DNA of 64,000 nucleotides from positions 96,001-160,000 of the forward strand of contig CAWGJO010000020.1 in NCBI GenBank assembly GCA_963822945.1. The letters are read 5' to 3'. Position numbers and translations under genes: made by a program. Origin of the DNA: an uncultured Gemmatimonadaceae bacterium (GTDB taxonomy: Bacteria; Gemmatimonadota; Gemmatimonadetes; Gemmatimonadales; Gemmatimonadaceae). Below, in pieces: positions 1 to 13,996 of the stretch (position 1 is the stretch's first letter; each line of letters starts with the position of its first letter). The notes beneath the pieces were generated by a model, which searched no databases, was not told where the DNA came from, and saw nothing but the letters and a program-made list of their open reading frames with translations.

Positions 1-947
1 TCCGACAGGTTGAGTTCCTTGCGATAGTGCGCGCTGAAGATGAAGTGCCGGATGGCCGCCGCCGAGACGTGCGCCTCGCGAAGCCCCTGCACGGTGCTCA
101 CGTTGCCCACCCGCTTGGCCATCTTCGTCCCGTCGGTGAGCAGGAACGCCCCGTGGCACCAGAAGCGCGCGAACGGCACACCCGTGGCCGCCTCCGATTG
201 CGCGATCTCGTCCTCGTGATGCGGGAAGACGAGGTCGACGCCGCCGGTGTGGATGTCGAGCGTGTCGCCAAGCAGGTCCATGGCCATCGCCGAGCACTCG
301 AGATGCCAGCCGGGACGGCCGCGCCCCCACGGAGAATCCCACGCCGCGCCTACCTGCTCGTCCTCGGGCTTCGCCGCCTTCCACAGCGCGAAGTCCTGCG
401 CATTCTCCTTGGCGTAGTCGTCCTGCGCCACGCGCGCACCCGACTTGATCTCGCGCGTGTCGAGACGGGAGAGCCGCCCGTACTGCGGAAAGCGCGCGAT
501 GGCGAAGTACACCGATCCGTCTTCGGCTTCGTACGCCACGCCCGCCTGCACCAGCCGCTCCACGAGCGCGATCATCTGCGGGATGTACTGCGTGGCCTTC
601 GGGTAGACCTCGGCCGGTTCGATGCGGAGGTACCGCCGGTCGGCGTCGAAGATCTCCGTGACGGGCTCGGTGATCTCGCCGATCTGCGTTCCCTGTTCCA
701 CCGCCCGCTTGATGATCTTGTCGTCGACGTCGGTGAGGTTCATGACCTGGCGCACCTTCCATCCGCGCAGCCGCAGGGCGCGGCGCAGCAGGTCGTTGAA
801 CAGGAAGGTGCGGAAGTTCCCCAGGTGGGCCGGGTTGTACACCGTGGGGCCACAGCTGTAGAACCGCACCGTCTCACCGTCGGCGGGCACGAACGGCTCG
901 ACCCGGCGGGTGAGCGTGTTGTACAGGCGAAAGTCGGGGGCAGGCAT
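1..947 (-). CDS. cysS: Cysteine--tRNA ligase (5' part; runs off the left edge)
   Basis: My translation from ATG 947: MPAPDFRLYNTLTRRVEPF...YSCGPTVYNPAHLGNFR (HIGH-like motif), MNLTDVDDKII, DFALWK, GRPGWHLECSAM. Not in the supplied ORF track because it has no stop codon in the window. Confidence 0.97.
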   Translation of the reverse strand, partial: MPAPDFRLYNTLTRRVEPFVPADGETVRFYSCGPTVYNPAHLGNFRTFLFNDLLRRALRLRGWKVRQVMNLTDVDDKIIKRAVEQGTQIGEITEPVTEIFDADRRYLRIEPAEVYPKATQYIPQMIALVERLVQAGVAYEAEDGSVYFAIARFPQYGRLSRLDTREIKSGARVAQDDYAKENAQDFALWKAAKPEDEQVGAAWDSPWGRGRPGWHLECSAMAMDLLGDTLDIHTGGVDLVFPHHEDEIAQSEAATGVPFARFWCHGAFLLTDGTKMAKRVGNVSTVQGLREAHVSAAAIRHFIFSAHYRKELNLS

Positions 948-955
948 GGGCGTGT

Positions 956-1825
956 TCACAATGTAGCGGGCGTGAGAACCGGGATCGGAACCAGCGGCAC
1001 CTCGTCGTGCTGGAACGCCGTCTGCACACGGCGCCGAAGTTCGCCGTTGACGGCATCGAGATCGGCCGGCTTGGTGCGGGCCGCGATGCCGAGGGTCACC
1101 ATGCCGGGCCCGAACTTCTCGATGCCCGTCACCTTGGGGGCGTCGAGGAATCGGGACTTCCAGGCCTCGTCGCTGCCCAGCGACGCGGCGACCTCCGCCA
1201 GGGATTTGGCGGCCGCCTCGGCCGCGGCCCACGGCACGTCGACGCTCACCGCCGCGCGCCGCCAGGTGCGAGACAGATTGGTGACCTGCGCGATCTGTCC
1301 GTTGGGAATGATGTGGAGCGCGCCGGTGCCGGCGCGCACGTACACCAGCCGCAGCGTCAGATCCTCGACCGTGCCCTCCACGGCGCCGATGCGCACCGCG
1401 TCCCCGAGTCCGAACTGATGCTCGAACTGGAGGAGGAATCCGGTGACGTAGTCGCGCACCAGGCTCTGCGATCCGAACGAGATCGCGAGTCCGAGGACAC
1501 CCGACACGGCCAGCAGCGGATTCGTATCGATGCCGAACGCACGCATCGACATGATGCCGCCGACGATGACGACGACGGTCTGACCGGAGTTGCGCAGGAG
1601 CAGGGCGAGGGTACGCGCCCGCTGCTCGCGCGCCGGCTCCCACTCTTCACCGGGTGCGTGGCGGGCGAGCTTCTCGATCCGCCCGGCCAACAGTCGCACG
1701 GCGAACCATGCGACCACGGACGCCACGAGTACCGGGGCGAGTTCCTTGGCTGACCGACCCAGCTCCGGGAGCGTGTACGGCACGTGCGTCGGCAGTTGCA
1801 GCGCGAGCGACAGGACGTGGGGCAT
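956..1825 (-). CDS. MscS-family small-conductance mechanosensitive channel
   Basis: TM helices followed by GLAISFGSQSLVRDYVTG, FGLGDAVRIG, GTVEDLTLR and IPNGQI. Confidence 0.9.
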   Translation of the reverse strand: MPHVLSLALQLPTHVPYTLPELGRSAKELAPVLVASVVAWFAVRLLAGRIEKLARHAPGEEWEPAREQRARTLALLLRNSGQTVVVIVGGIMSMRAFGIDTNPLLAVSGVLGLAISFGSQSLVRDYVTGFLLQFEHQFGLGDAVRIGAVEGTVEDLTLRLVYVRAGTGALHIIPNGQIAQVTNLSRTWRRAAVSVDVPWAAAEAAAKSLAEVAASLGSDEAWKSRFLDAPKVTGIEKFGPGMVTLGIAARTKPADLDAVNGELRRRVQTAFQHDEVPLVPIPVLTPATL

Positions 1826-1857
1826 CCGCAGAAGCTAGACGGCGCCCGGCAGGACGG

Positions 1858-2574
1858 TCAACGGATGACGGGCGGGATCGGAGGGCGGGTGGATGCCGCC
1901 GATCGCTCGGCCACGCGCGCCGCCTGGGGGTGTTCCTCACCACCGGCGGCCGCGACCAGCCGGCCGTCGCGCAGGCGATAGGCGGTGGAGGCGAGCGCGT
2001 CCACCGCCTCGCCGTCCCGACCCGTGAGCAGCACCGCGCATCCGTCCGCGGCGTGGCGGTGAAGGCAGTCGCGAACGGTGGCCCGGGCACGGGCGGCGAC
2101 CGCATCCGCCGTCCCGTCGAGCAGCAGGAGCGCGTGGCGCGTGGCGAGTCCGACGGCGAGGGCGAGCCGGGCGCGCTCGTCGGTCGTGAGAGCCATCTGG
2201 GACCGGGAAAGCAGGCCGTCGAGCGAGAGCCGGGCGAGCGCGCGTGCCAGGCGGTCGCCGTCCACCAGCGGATCGGCGCAGGCGCGGGTCAGCGAGTCGA
2301 GCACGGTATCGAACGGCAGTGCCGCGGGCGCGAGGGAGACGATGCGCGGCCGTTCCGCACCCGGCGCCCAGCGAAGAGTGCCGGTGTCGGGCCTCGCGAG
2401 GCCGGCCACACAACGCAGGAGCGTGGTCTTGCCGCACCCCCGCGAGCCGCTGATCCCGACCACGCTCCCCGCCGGGAGATCGAGGCTGATCCGGGAGAGG
2501 ACGCGGGCGGCCGCCGAGCAGCCGCGGGTGCCCGCGAGATAGCACTTGGAGAGATGGTGCGCACTGAACAGCAT
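1858..2574 (-). CDS. ABC-type ATP-binding-like protein with degenerate motifs
   Basis: Walker A GSRGCGKTT. The signature position reads LTTDE and Walker B reads LLLLDG (no catalytic Glu). Start placed at MLFSAHHLSK. Confidence 0.75.
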   Translation of the reverse strand: MLFSAHHLSKCYLAGTRGCSAAARVLSRISLDLPAGSVVGISGSRGCGKTTLLRCVAGLARPDTGTLRWAPGAERPRIVSLAPAALPFDTVLDSLTRACADPLVDGDRLARALARLSLDGLLSRSQMALTTDERARLALAVGLATRHALLLLDGTADAVAARARATVRDCLHRHAADGCAVLLTGRDGEAVDALASTAYRLRDGRLVAAAGGEEHPQAARVAERSAASTRPPIPPVIR

Positions 2575-2724
2575 GAGCCGACTCCGGGGGGACGAGGCGC
2601 GAGACGCAATGAGGGGACACCTGCAGGGTGCCACCCGGTCCGCGAATCGGCGCCATCCTAAACGCGCGCGCCGGCCCGAAAGACGACGGGGCGCGCGGCG
2701 CGCGGCCAGCCGGCCCCCGGTGGC

Positions 2725-3774
2725 TCAGCGCGCGCGCGAGCGGTGGAACGTGTCGATCGCGTCCACCACCGGCGCCGGATCGAACCGCACGGGGTCGGTG
2801 GTGGGAAGCCCGGTCTCGCGGCCGATGCGTTCGACCGCCGCGGCGGCATCGGCGTCGTTCATGTCGAGCGTATTCAGGGCGACGGCGATCACGGGCGCCG
2901 GGCGCAGCGGCACTCGTTCATGCAGCGCGATGAACTCGGGAAGCGGCGGGATGGCGACCCAGTCGTTGTGGCGGATCGCGGTGCGCGACGGCTGGGCGCA
3001 CATCACCTGGGCATGGGGCAGCGATCCATGCAGCAGCCCGTAGGTGACGCCGGAGTAGCTGGGGTGAATGATCGAACCCTGGCCCTCCACGAGCACGATG
3101 TCCGCATCGCGGGCGGCATCGACCACCAGCCGTTCGGCGGCGCCGGCAATGAAGTCGGCCACCACGGCGTCCACGGAAATACCCTTGCCGTCCACGAGGA
3201 TGCCGGTCTGTCCGGTGCCGGCGAACGCGACGCGGTGTCCCCTGGCCCGCAGCCCGTCGAGCAACTGAAGCGCGGCGGTCATCTTGCCGATGTTGCAGTC
3301 GGTGCCGACGGTGAGCACGACGGTGGCGGCGAGGTCTCGCGCGCGGCCGCGGGCCACGTCGAGGTCCCGCGGCGGACGCCGCAGGTCGTGGATGCGGGCG
3401 TTCGTGGCGGCCGCATGCGCGACGAACTCGGGATCGTCGCCAAGCATGGTGTGGAGACCGCTCCAGACATCCAGTCCGTCGTCGAGGACGCGGAGGATGA
3501 TGGCCCGCCACTCCGGCGGCAGTTGGCCTCCCTGCGGCGCGATGCCGATGAGCAGCGCATTGGGCCGGCGGGCGAGCCCCTCATCCACGGAACCGACCAC
3601 GGGCACGTCGCCGCCGAACCCCAACACCTGCTGCGCGGTCTTGCCGCGCTGCGTGGAATCGAGCACGGCGGCCACCCGATCGGGCGTGTACCGAAGGCAG
3701 GCGTTCGCGGTCTTGGAACGCACGGGGTTGAACGATCCCTCAGCGAGGATGAGGAAACGGGGCGCGCGGCTCAT
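2725..3774 (-). CDS. DUF1611 family P-loop protein (DgcN-like)
   Basis: VGTDCNIGKMT, GTGQTGI and VEGQGSIIHPSYS motifs typical of DUF1611. Confidence 0.88.
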   Translation of the reverse strand: MSRAPRFLILAEGSFNPVRSKTANACLRYTPDRVAAVLDSTQRGKTAQQVLGFGGDVPVVGSVDEGLARRPNALLIGIAPQGGQLPPEWRAIILRVLDDGLDVWSGLHTMLGDDPEFVAHAAATNARIHDLRRPPRDLDVARGRARDLAATVVLTVGTDCNIGKMTAALQLLDGLRARGHRVAFAGTGQTGILVDGKGISVDAVVADFIAGAAERLVVDAARDADIVLVEGQGSIIHPSYSGVTYGLLHGSLPHAQVMCAQPSRTAIRHNDWVAIPPLPEFIALHERVPLRPAPVIAVALNTLDMNDADAAAAVERIGRETGLPTTDPVRFDPAPVVDAIDTFHRSRAR

Positions 3775-3789
3775 GGATGGACCGGACGA

Positions 3790-4913
3790 TCAGTCGGTGG
3801 TCGGGGGAAGGGGAGGCGGGGGCTCCGGCGCCTGGGGGGCGGCATGCACGAGGACCGGCTCCACGGTGATGCCGCCGTCATAGACGCCGTGCACGAGGAT
3901 GCGCCGCACGAGCACCATGATGATGGCGAGCGTCGGCACTGCGATGAGCAGCCCCAGGGCGCCCAGCAATTCGCCGATGACGAGCACGCCGAGGATGCTC
4001 AGGACGGGCGGCAGGTCCACCTTCTCGGACATGACCAGCGGCGCCACCACGTTGCCCTCGATCAGGTGGATGACGACGCCGAGGCCGAGCACGAGCAGCG
4101 AGCGCGTGCTGCCGTCGGGCGTGTTGAGCACGAACAGCGCCGGGAGCGTCGTGGAGACGAGCGTGCCGAAGAAGGGCACGATGGCGGCAAGGCCGGAGAC
4201 CACGCCGAAGGTGAGCGCGTACGGAACCCCGAGGGCATACAGCCCGATGGCGGTGAGCAGCCCGAGCACCGTCATCGTGAACAGTTGGCCGACCACGAAC
4301 GCGCGGAGCGTGTCGCCGAGCTCGTGGAGCAGGTGGTGCACGAAGGGGCGGCGCGCCGGCGGAAAGAGGGACTCGACGATGTCGGTGTAGACGTGGGGGG
4401 TCAGCGACAGGTAGATCGCCATGACGCCCACCGAGAACACGTTGATCAGCGCGTGGACGCCGGCGAACAACTTCGGCACCACGTTGTGGACGGTGCTGGT
4501 GAGTTGATCGTAGAGGGCAAGGACGATGCTGTTCTGCCCGGGCGGCATGACGTCGGCGAGCGCCGGAATCCGGGCGATCGTCGACTGGAAGGTGCGCTGC
4601 CAGAGCTCGAGGTACTGCGGAAGCAGTTTGACCAGTTCCTGCGTCTGCGCGACGACCGGCGGGACGAGGATCGCGAACAGCAGCGCCAGTCCGGCCAGAC
4701 TCACGAGCAGTGCGGCCGGAAAGGCGAGGCGCGGGGGAACGTGGAGGCGGCGCCGCAGCGTGGCGGCGAGCGCGGTGAGATAGACGGCGATGAGGATGCC
4801 CAGGAACAGCAGCATCAGCACATCGGCGACGGATCCGATCAGCCAGAGGAGAAGGACAACCAGAACCGTCGCCGTGAGGGCCGGCGCGTATTTGAAGCGG
4901 GGTGCGTCAGCGC

Positions 4914-4917
<4 letters not shown>
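3790..4917 (-). CDS. AI-2E (PerM) family membrane transporter
   Basis: Multi-TM protein with IVPFFG, IEGNVVAPLVM and GALGLLIAVP motifs. Its TTG start overlaps the pspA stop. Confidence 0.88.
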
Positions 4918-5696
<779 letters not shown>

Positions 5697-5699
5697 GGG

Positions 5700-6104
5700 T
5701 CAGTGTGCCTCACGGAACGAGCCCAACTCGCGCATGTGCGACGCCAGGGCCAGGGTCATGCTCTCATAACTCGCCAGGAACTCGTCGTAGTCAAGGTGCT
5801 CCAGTTCGAGCGCCTCGGTGAGCACCACGGAGTCCCCCTGAATACCGTACGAGCCGTGCAGCAGATCACTCGCATTGAGTTCGAGCAGGCGCCGGCTCAA
5901 CGTGGCCAACGTGCCGTTCTGCTTGGGCAACGTCATCACCTTGACCCGGAGCAACACCACCGGGGGGGAGTAGTGCACCACGACGTCGAAGTCCTGGGCA
6001 CCGCCCGGCTTGACCACCCAGAGCCCCGGTTCGACTTCGGAATGGGAAGCCCCATCCACGTTCAGCCGATCGAGATAGCCTTCGATTTCTTCCTTGGTAA
6101 CCAT
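5700..6104 (-). CDS. CesT/YbjN-like (T3SS chaperone fold) protein
   Basis: 134 aa and acidic. The pattern RRLLELNASDLLHGSYGI...LEHLDYDEF resembles CesT/YbjN. Start placed at MVTKEEIE. Confidence 0.7.
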   Translation of the reverse strand: MVTKEEIEGYLDRLNVDGASHSEVEPGLWVVKPGGAQDFDVVVHYSPPVVLLRVKVMTLPKQNGTLATLSRRLLELNASDLLHGSYGIQGDSVVLTEALELEHLDYDEFLASYESMTLALASHMRELGSFREAH

Positions 6105-6271
6105 GGTCGTTATCCTGGTGACGCGACTGGAAGAACCTACGGATGGGGCGCGCTGACGTTTCAACTGCCTGCGGGCAAGCTACCGCCGCTCTCCGGGGCG
6201 GGCAACGGGCCGAGGGGGCCGGCCACCACCTTATAGAATAGAAGGCACGCCGCGCGGACGCCGGGCCGCGA

Positions 6272-7156
6272 TCACGCCCCGGCGCGCTTCAACTGCACCA
6301 GCCGTTCGCGGGCCAGGCGGCGTCCGGTGGGCGTCGCGGCGAGCCCGCCGCCTGCGGTTTCGCGGTACCGCACATCCATCTCCCGGCCGATCTCTCCCAT
6401 CACGTCGATGACTTCGTCGCAGGGGATGGCGAACTCGATGCCGGCCAGCGCCATTTCCACCGCGGCCAGCGCGATGGCCGACCCGGTGGCGTTGCGGAAC
6501 ACGCAGGGAAGTTCGACCAGCCCGCCCAGGGGATCGCAGATGAGCCCCAGCGTCGCCTGCTGCGCCAGCGCCACCGCATGACCCACCTGGGCCGGCGTGC
6601 CGCCGAGCATCTCGGTGGCGGCACCGGCCGCCATCCCCGCCGCGGCGCCGGTTTCGGCCTGACAGCCGCCCTCGGCCCCCGACAACGAGGCGCGTTCTGC
6701 GACCACGGCACCGATCAGGCCGGCCGTCGCGAGCGCATCCACCACGCGTTCGTCGTCGACCTGCCGGGCGGCAGCGAGCCCGGTGAGCACCGCCGGCAGC
6801 ACCCCCGCCCCGCCCGCCGTCGGCGCAGCGACGATCACGCCCATCGCGGCGTTCACCTCCTGCACCGCGAGCGCCCGCGCCAGGACGTCGCGGAACGGCG
6901 TGCCGGCCAACGGCCCGGGCGGTCCGTGGCGCAGTTTGGCCGCGTCGCCGCCGACCATGCCGGATACCGAGCGCAGGTCGCCGGCCAGTCCGCGGTCGAC
7001 TGCCTGTCGCATGACGTGGAGGGCACGGCGCAGTGCGTCACGGATCTCCTCCACCGGGCGGCCCTGGTCGAGGGCCTCGGTGGCGAGCGCCAGCCGGCCG
7101 AGCGTGAGCCCCTGGGCGTCGGCGTCGCGGATGGCGTCGAGCAGCGAACGGTACAC
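6272..7156 (-). CDS. sdaAA: L-serine dehydratase, Fe-S dependent, alpha subunit
   Basis: IVAAPTAGGAG, SGAEGGCQAE and GLICDPLGGLVELPC motifs. Confidence 0.95.
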   Translation of the reverse strand: MYRSLLDAIRDADAQGLTLGRLALATEALDQGRPVEEIRDALRRALHVMRQAVDRGLAGDLRSVSGMVGGDAAKLRHGPPGPLAGTPFRDVLARALAVQEVNAAMGVIVAAPTAGGAGVLPAVLTGLAAARQVDDERVVDALATAGLIGAVVAERASLSGAEGGCQAETGAAAGMAAGAATEMLGGTPAQVGHAVALAQQATLGLICDPLGGLVELPCVFRNATGSAIALAAVEMALAGIEFAIPCDEVIDVMGEIGREMDVRYRETAGGGLAATPTGRRLARERLVQLKRAGA

Positions 7157-7157
7157 G

Positions 7158-7826
7158 TCAGCCGCTCACTTTTTCGAGACGGTGGGCCCACCGGACCCAG
7201 GGGAACGCCCGCAGGTGGTCGCGCACGGCCACGTCGGGCGCTTCGTCCACCTCGATGACCATGAGCGCGTCGCCACCCTTGTGTTTCCGGCTGAGTTTGA
7301 GCGTGGCGATGTTCAACCCGTCCTCGGCGAGCCGTGCCGTGATGCGGGCCACCGATCCCTTCACGTCCTCGGCGACCAGGACGATGGTGAAGTGGTTGCC
7401 GAGCACCTCCACCGGGAACCCGTCGATCTCGCTCACGTGGATCCGGCCGGCGCCGAGCGAGGCGCCGAGCATCACGTGCCGCCGCTCGCCACGCTCGACC
7501 GTGATCCGCACCGAATTCGGATGCGCGTCGCCGGCGAGGGTGGTCTTCTCGAACCGGTACGCGAACCCCTCTCGCTCGGCGATCTCCACCGCATCGCGCA
7601 GCCGGTCGTCGTCGGGACGGAAGCCGAGCAGCCCGCCGGCGATCGCCTTGTCGGTGCCGTGCCCCTCTCCCGTGCGCGCGAACGAGCCATGGAGCTCGAT
7701 GCGGGCGCGATCGGGCGTGCCCCCCACCAGACAGCGCGCGATGAGCCCGAGTTTGCAGGCCCCGGCGGTGTGGGAGGACGACGGGCCCACCATGACGGGG
7801 CCGATGATATCGAGGAGGGAGACCAA
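7158..7826 (-). CDS. sdaAB: L-serine dehydratase beta subunit (with ACT domain)
   Basis: DIIGPVMVGPSSSHTAGA and TGEGHGTD motifs; TTG start. Confidence 0.95.
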   Translation of the reverse strand: MVSLLDIIGPVMVGPSSSHTAGACKLGLIARCLVGGTPDRARIELHGSFARTGEGHGTDKAIAGGLLGFRPDDDRLRDAVEIAEREGFAYRFEKTTLAGDAHPNSVRITVERGERRHVMLGASLGAGRIHVSEIDGFPVEVLGNHFTIVLVAEDVKGSVARITARLAEDGLNIATLKLSRKHKGGDALMVIEVDEAPDVAVRDHLRAFPWVRWAHRLEKVSG

Positions 7827-7866
7827 GGGGGAAGAGTGAAGGGTGAAGGGGGAAACGACCGGGGCG

Positions 7867-10713
<2,847 letters not shown>

Positions 10714-10800
10714 AACCTGCGAAACCTGACCGGTCCGGCGGGGGGAGACAAGCCGGGGGGGTGCGGCGTTATGTTATGGGAACCTTTCGGACGCCCCGCC

Positions 10801-11136
10801 ATGCCTCATACCGATGCCATTGTCGTCCTCACCACGGTCGCCTCCGATGAGGAGGGGGTCCGGCTGGTGCGCGCGCTGCTCGAACGGCGCCTCATTGCCT
10901 GCGGCACGCTGGTGCCCGGCGCCCGGTCGCTGTACCGCTGGCAGGGCAAGATCGCCGATGAGCGCGAGGTGATGGTCATCCTGAAGACCCGGTCGGCGCG
11001 GCTGGAGACGTTGCAGGCAGCGTTCGGCGAGCTGCACCCGTACAAGGTGCCCGAGCTGCTGGCGCTCCCGGTCTCGGCGGGGCTGCCCAAGTATCTGGAT
11101 TGGATCAGCGGCGAGACGACGCTGGCCCTGGCCTGA
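10801..11136 (+). CDS. cutA: Divalent-cation tolerance protein CutA
   Basis: LIAC, SLYRWQGKI, ILKT and HPYKVPELL motifs; ATG at 10801. Confidence 0.93.
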   Translation: MPHTDAIVVLTTVASDEEGVRLVRALLERRLIACGTLVPGARSLYRWQGKIADEREVMVILKTRSARLETLQAAFGELHPYKVPELLALPVSAGLPKYLDWISGETTLALA

Positions 11137-11139
11137 TCC

Positions 11140-11643
11140 GTGATCGAGGTCCGCGTCGACGACCTGGCCTTCTACCGAGGCGAGGCGATCGCCTGGCCGG
11201 TGGACGCCACGCTGGGCGCGACGACGCCGCTGCTGCGCCGTGTCGAGACCGCGGCCGGGCCGGCCCTGACCGATCGGGCTCCGCTCAAGGAACCGCTGCC
11301 GGTGGGCGCGGCGGTGGTCACGGGAGCCGGTGACCTGGGCGTCGAACTCCTGATTCACGCCGTCATCATGAGCCGCGAAGAGCAGGCATCGCGCGACGCC
11401 GTGCGGCGGGCGTTGACGAGCGCGCTCCAACGGGCGACGGACTTTCGCGTCGGCGAACTGGCCGTTGCGCCGTTCGGCATCGGCGCCGGGAATCTGGACC
11501 TGGAGGAGAGCGCCGAGGTGATGATCGAGGTGATGCGGCAGCACCAGGCGCGTGGCGCACATCCCCACTCCATCGTCGTGGTCGTAGAGAACGAAATGGA
11601 GCAGACGGTATGGAACGCCATGCTGGCGCGGGCCGGCGCATGA
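11140..11643 (+). CDS. Macro domain protein with degenerate active site
   Basis: AAGPAL, GAAVVTGAGDL, LIHAV and PFGIGAG match the macro fold; the NAAN and GGG motifs are absent. Confidence 0.8.
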   Translation: MIEVRVDDLAFYRGEAIAWPVDATLGATTPLLRRVETAAGPALTDRAPLKEPLPVGAAVVTGAGDLGVELLIHAVIMSREEQASRDAVRRALTSALQRATDFRVGELAVAPFGIGAGNLDLEESAEVMIEVMRQHQARGAHPHSIVVVVENEMEQTVWNAMLARAGA

Positions 11644-13199
11644 GCCGGCGCGGGTGGACCGCGGCCGTGGTCCTGGTGTTGTGGGCGGGCGGCATGGTGG
11701 CGCTCATCCGCCGCGAGTACTTCCAACCGAACGTGGAGCGTCTGGCCGAGGCGGGCGCGCGGGTCACGCCCGGAGCGGTATTCTACGCGGTGCTGCAGGG
11801 CGACCGGCAGGTCGGCTTCGCCTCGTCCACCGTGGACACGGTGACCGGCGGCATCACGTCCACCGACTATCTGGTCGCCAACCTCGACGCCGGTGGTGCC
11901 GCCCATCGCCTGCGGGCGCGCAGCACGGTGGAGGCGTCGCGCACCCTCCGGGTGCGCCGCTTCGCGGTGGACATCGAGTCGGATTCGGCGCCCTTCCACG
12001 CCGGGGGCCGAGTGGACGGAGACTCGGTCGTGGTGTACGCCGTGTCCACCGCCGCCGGGGCGAGCGCCGACTCGGAACGCGTGGCCATCGACGGACCGGT
12101 GCTGCTACCCACCCTGGTGCCGCTGGCCATCGCCCTGGGCGAGGAACCCAAGGTCGGCAAGTCGTACGTACTGCCGGTCTTCGACCCGCGTACGCTGGCG
12201 CCGAGGGACACGCGGATCAGCGTGTCGGCCGAGACGACGTTCGTGGTGAACGACAGTTCGGTGCTCGACGCGGCGACCGGGCGCTGGCGGGGCGTACAGC
12301 CCGACACGCTCCGGGCGTGGCGGCTCCGAGCCCCGGGCGACAGCAGCATCGGCGGCTGGATCGACCACCAGGGGCGGGTGGTGGCCACCACGCGGATGGG
12401 GCTACGGCTCGTCCGCCGGCCGTACGAAGTGGCCTACGAGAACTGGCGGATCGACAGCAAGCAGGACAGCGTCGAGGCAGCCGACGCGACGAACGACGTG
12501 CTGGCGACGACGGCCATCGCCGCCGACCGGCACGTGACGCGGCAACTGACACGGTTGCGCGTGCTGCTGCGCGGCGCCACGCTCGACGGCTTCGACCTGG
12601 ACGGCGGCCGGCAATCGCTGCGCGGCGACACGCTGACCGTGGTCCGCGAATCGCGGGACAGTCTGGCCCCCCGATTCTTCATGGGGGTGCGGCGTCCGCC
12701 CGATGTGCTGCGGGCGCTCGAGCCCGAACCGCTGGTGGAGTCGCGCAACCGCGAGATCCGCGAGTTGGCCGGCCGGCTGCGCGGCCGGTCGCGCGACCCG
12801 CGCGAGGTGGCGGCACGGATCAACCGCTGGGTGCACGATTCGCTGAAGAAGCGCATCTCGTTCGGGATTCCCGACGCGCTGCAGGTGCTGCATTCCCGGA
12901 GCGGCGACTGCAATGAACACACGCAGCTCTATCTGGCCCTGGCCCGGGCGAGCGGGATTCCGGCCCGGGCGGCGACGGGGTTGGCCCTGGTGGACGGCAA
13001 GTTTTACTACCACGCCTGGCCCGAAGTCTATCTCGGGAGGTGGGTGGCGGTGGATCCGACGTTCGGCCAGTTCCCGGCCGACGCCGCCCACCTGCGATTC
13101 GTCGTCGGCGGGCTGGCCCGGCAGACGTCGCAGATGTCGCTGATCGGCATGCTGCGCATCGACGTCCTCTCGGCCACCCCGGCGGCCGACACGCGCTGA
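11640..13199 (+). CDS. Membrane-anchored transglutaminase-like (Cys-His-Asp) protein
   Basis: N-terminal hydrophobic helix; GDCNEH, YHAWPEVY and WVAVDPT motifs; ATGA overlap with the macro gene. Confidence 0.88.
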   Translation: MSRRGWTAAVVLVLWAGGMVALIRREYFQPNVERLAEAGARVTPGAVFYAVLQGDRQVGFASSTVDTVTGGITSTDYLVANLDAGGAAHRLRARSTVEASRTLRVRRFAVDIESDSAPFHAGGRVDGDSVVVYAVSTAAGASADSERVAIDGPVLLPTLVPLAIALGEEPKVGKSYVLPVFDPRTLAPRDTRISVSAETTFVVNDSSVLDAATGRWRGVQPDTLRAWRLRAPGDSSIGGWIDHQGRVVATTRMGLRLVRRPYEVAYENWRIDSKQDSVEAADATNDVLATTAIAADRHVTRQLTRLRVLLRGATLDGFDLDGGRQSLRGDTLTVVRESRDSLAPRFFMGVRRPPDVLRALEPEPLVESRNREIRELAGRLRGRSRDPREVAARINRWVHDSLKKRISFGIPDALQVLHSRSGDCNEHTQLYLALARASGIPARAATGLALVDGKFYYHAWPEVYLGRWVAVDPTFGQFPADAAHLRFVVGGLARQTSQMSLIGMLRIDVLSATPAADTR

Positions 13200-13237
13200 C
13201 CGCTCCCGGTTCGGCTGCTTCTCTTCACGTTCTCGCC

Positions 13238-13996
13238 ATGATCCGACTGACGTCTCTCACCAAACGCTACGGCAGCTTCACCGCGGTGAACGCCATCGAC
13301 CTCGACGTGCCACGCGGGGAACTGTTCGGATTTCTTGGTCCGAACGGTGCCGGCAAGACGACGACACTGCGCATGATCGCCGGCATTCTGCGCCCCACCG
13401 CGGGCACGGTGGAGATCGGGGGCGTGAACATCTCGACCGATCCGATCGCCGCCAAGATGAAGCTGGGCTTCATCCCCGACCGTCCGTTCATCTACGAGAA
13501 GCTCACCGGCGCGGAGTTCATGCGGTTCGTGGCCGGCCTGTACGATCAGGAAGGACCGGAGGTGGAACATCGGGCGCGCGAACTGCTGGCCCTGTTCGAC
13601 CTCGAGGAGTGGCAGGACGAACTGGTGGAGAGCTACAGCCACGGCATGCGCCAGAAGCTCATCATCTCGAGCGCGTTCGTGCACCGCGCCGAAGTGATCG
13701 TGGTGGACGAGCCGATGGTGGGCCTCGACCCGAAGGCGGCGCGCATCCTCAAGGATCTGTTCCGCGAATACGTGAACCGCGGCAACACGATCATGATGTC
13801 CACGCACACGCTGGAAGTGGCGGAGGCCATGTGCGACCGGATCGCGATCGTCCAGGCCGGGAAGATCCGGGCCTGCGGCACGATGGCCGAGCTGCGGCAG
13901 AGCGCCGAGGGCGGCGCGGAGGGCCTGGAGGAAATCTTCCTCAAACTCACCGGCGAGAACGCGGCCCGCGAGTTGATCGAGGTGCTGAATGCCTGA
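13238..13996 (+). CDS. ABC-2 type transporter ATP-binding protein
   Basis: GPNGAGKTT, YSHGMRQK, VVDEP and STH motifs. Confidence 0.95.
   Translation: MIRLTSLTKRYGSFTAVNAIDLDVPRGELFGFLGPNGAGKTTTLRMIAGILRPTAGTVEIGGVNISTDPIAAKMKLGFIPDRPFIYEKLTGAEFMRFVAGLYDQEGPEVEHRARELLALFDLEEWQDELVESYSHGMRQKLIISSAFVHRAEVIVVDEPMVGLDPKAARILKDLFREYVNRGNTIMMSTHTLEVAEAMCDRIAIVQAGKIRACGTMAELRQSAEGGAEGLEEIFLKLTGENAARELIEVLNA

Noticed and set aside
6150..6200. Sigma54 promoter for the pspA operon
   Set aside because: The GG...TTGC spacing on the minus strand is 9 nt rather than the required 10.
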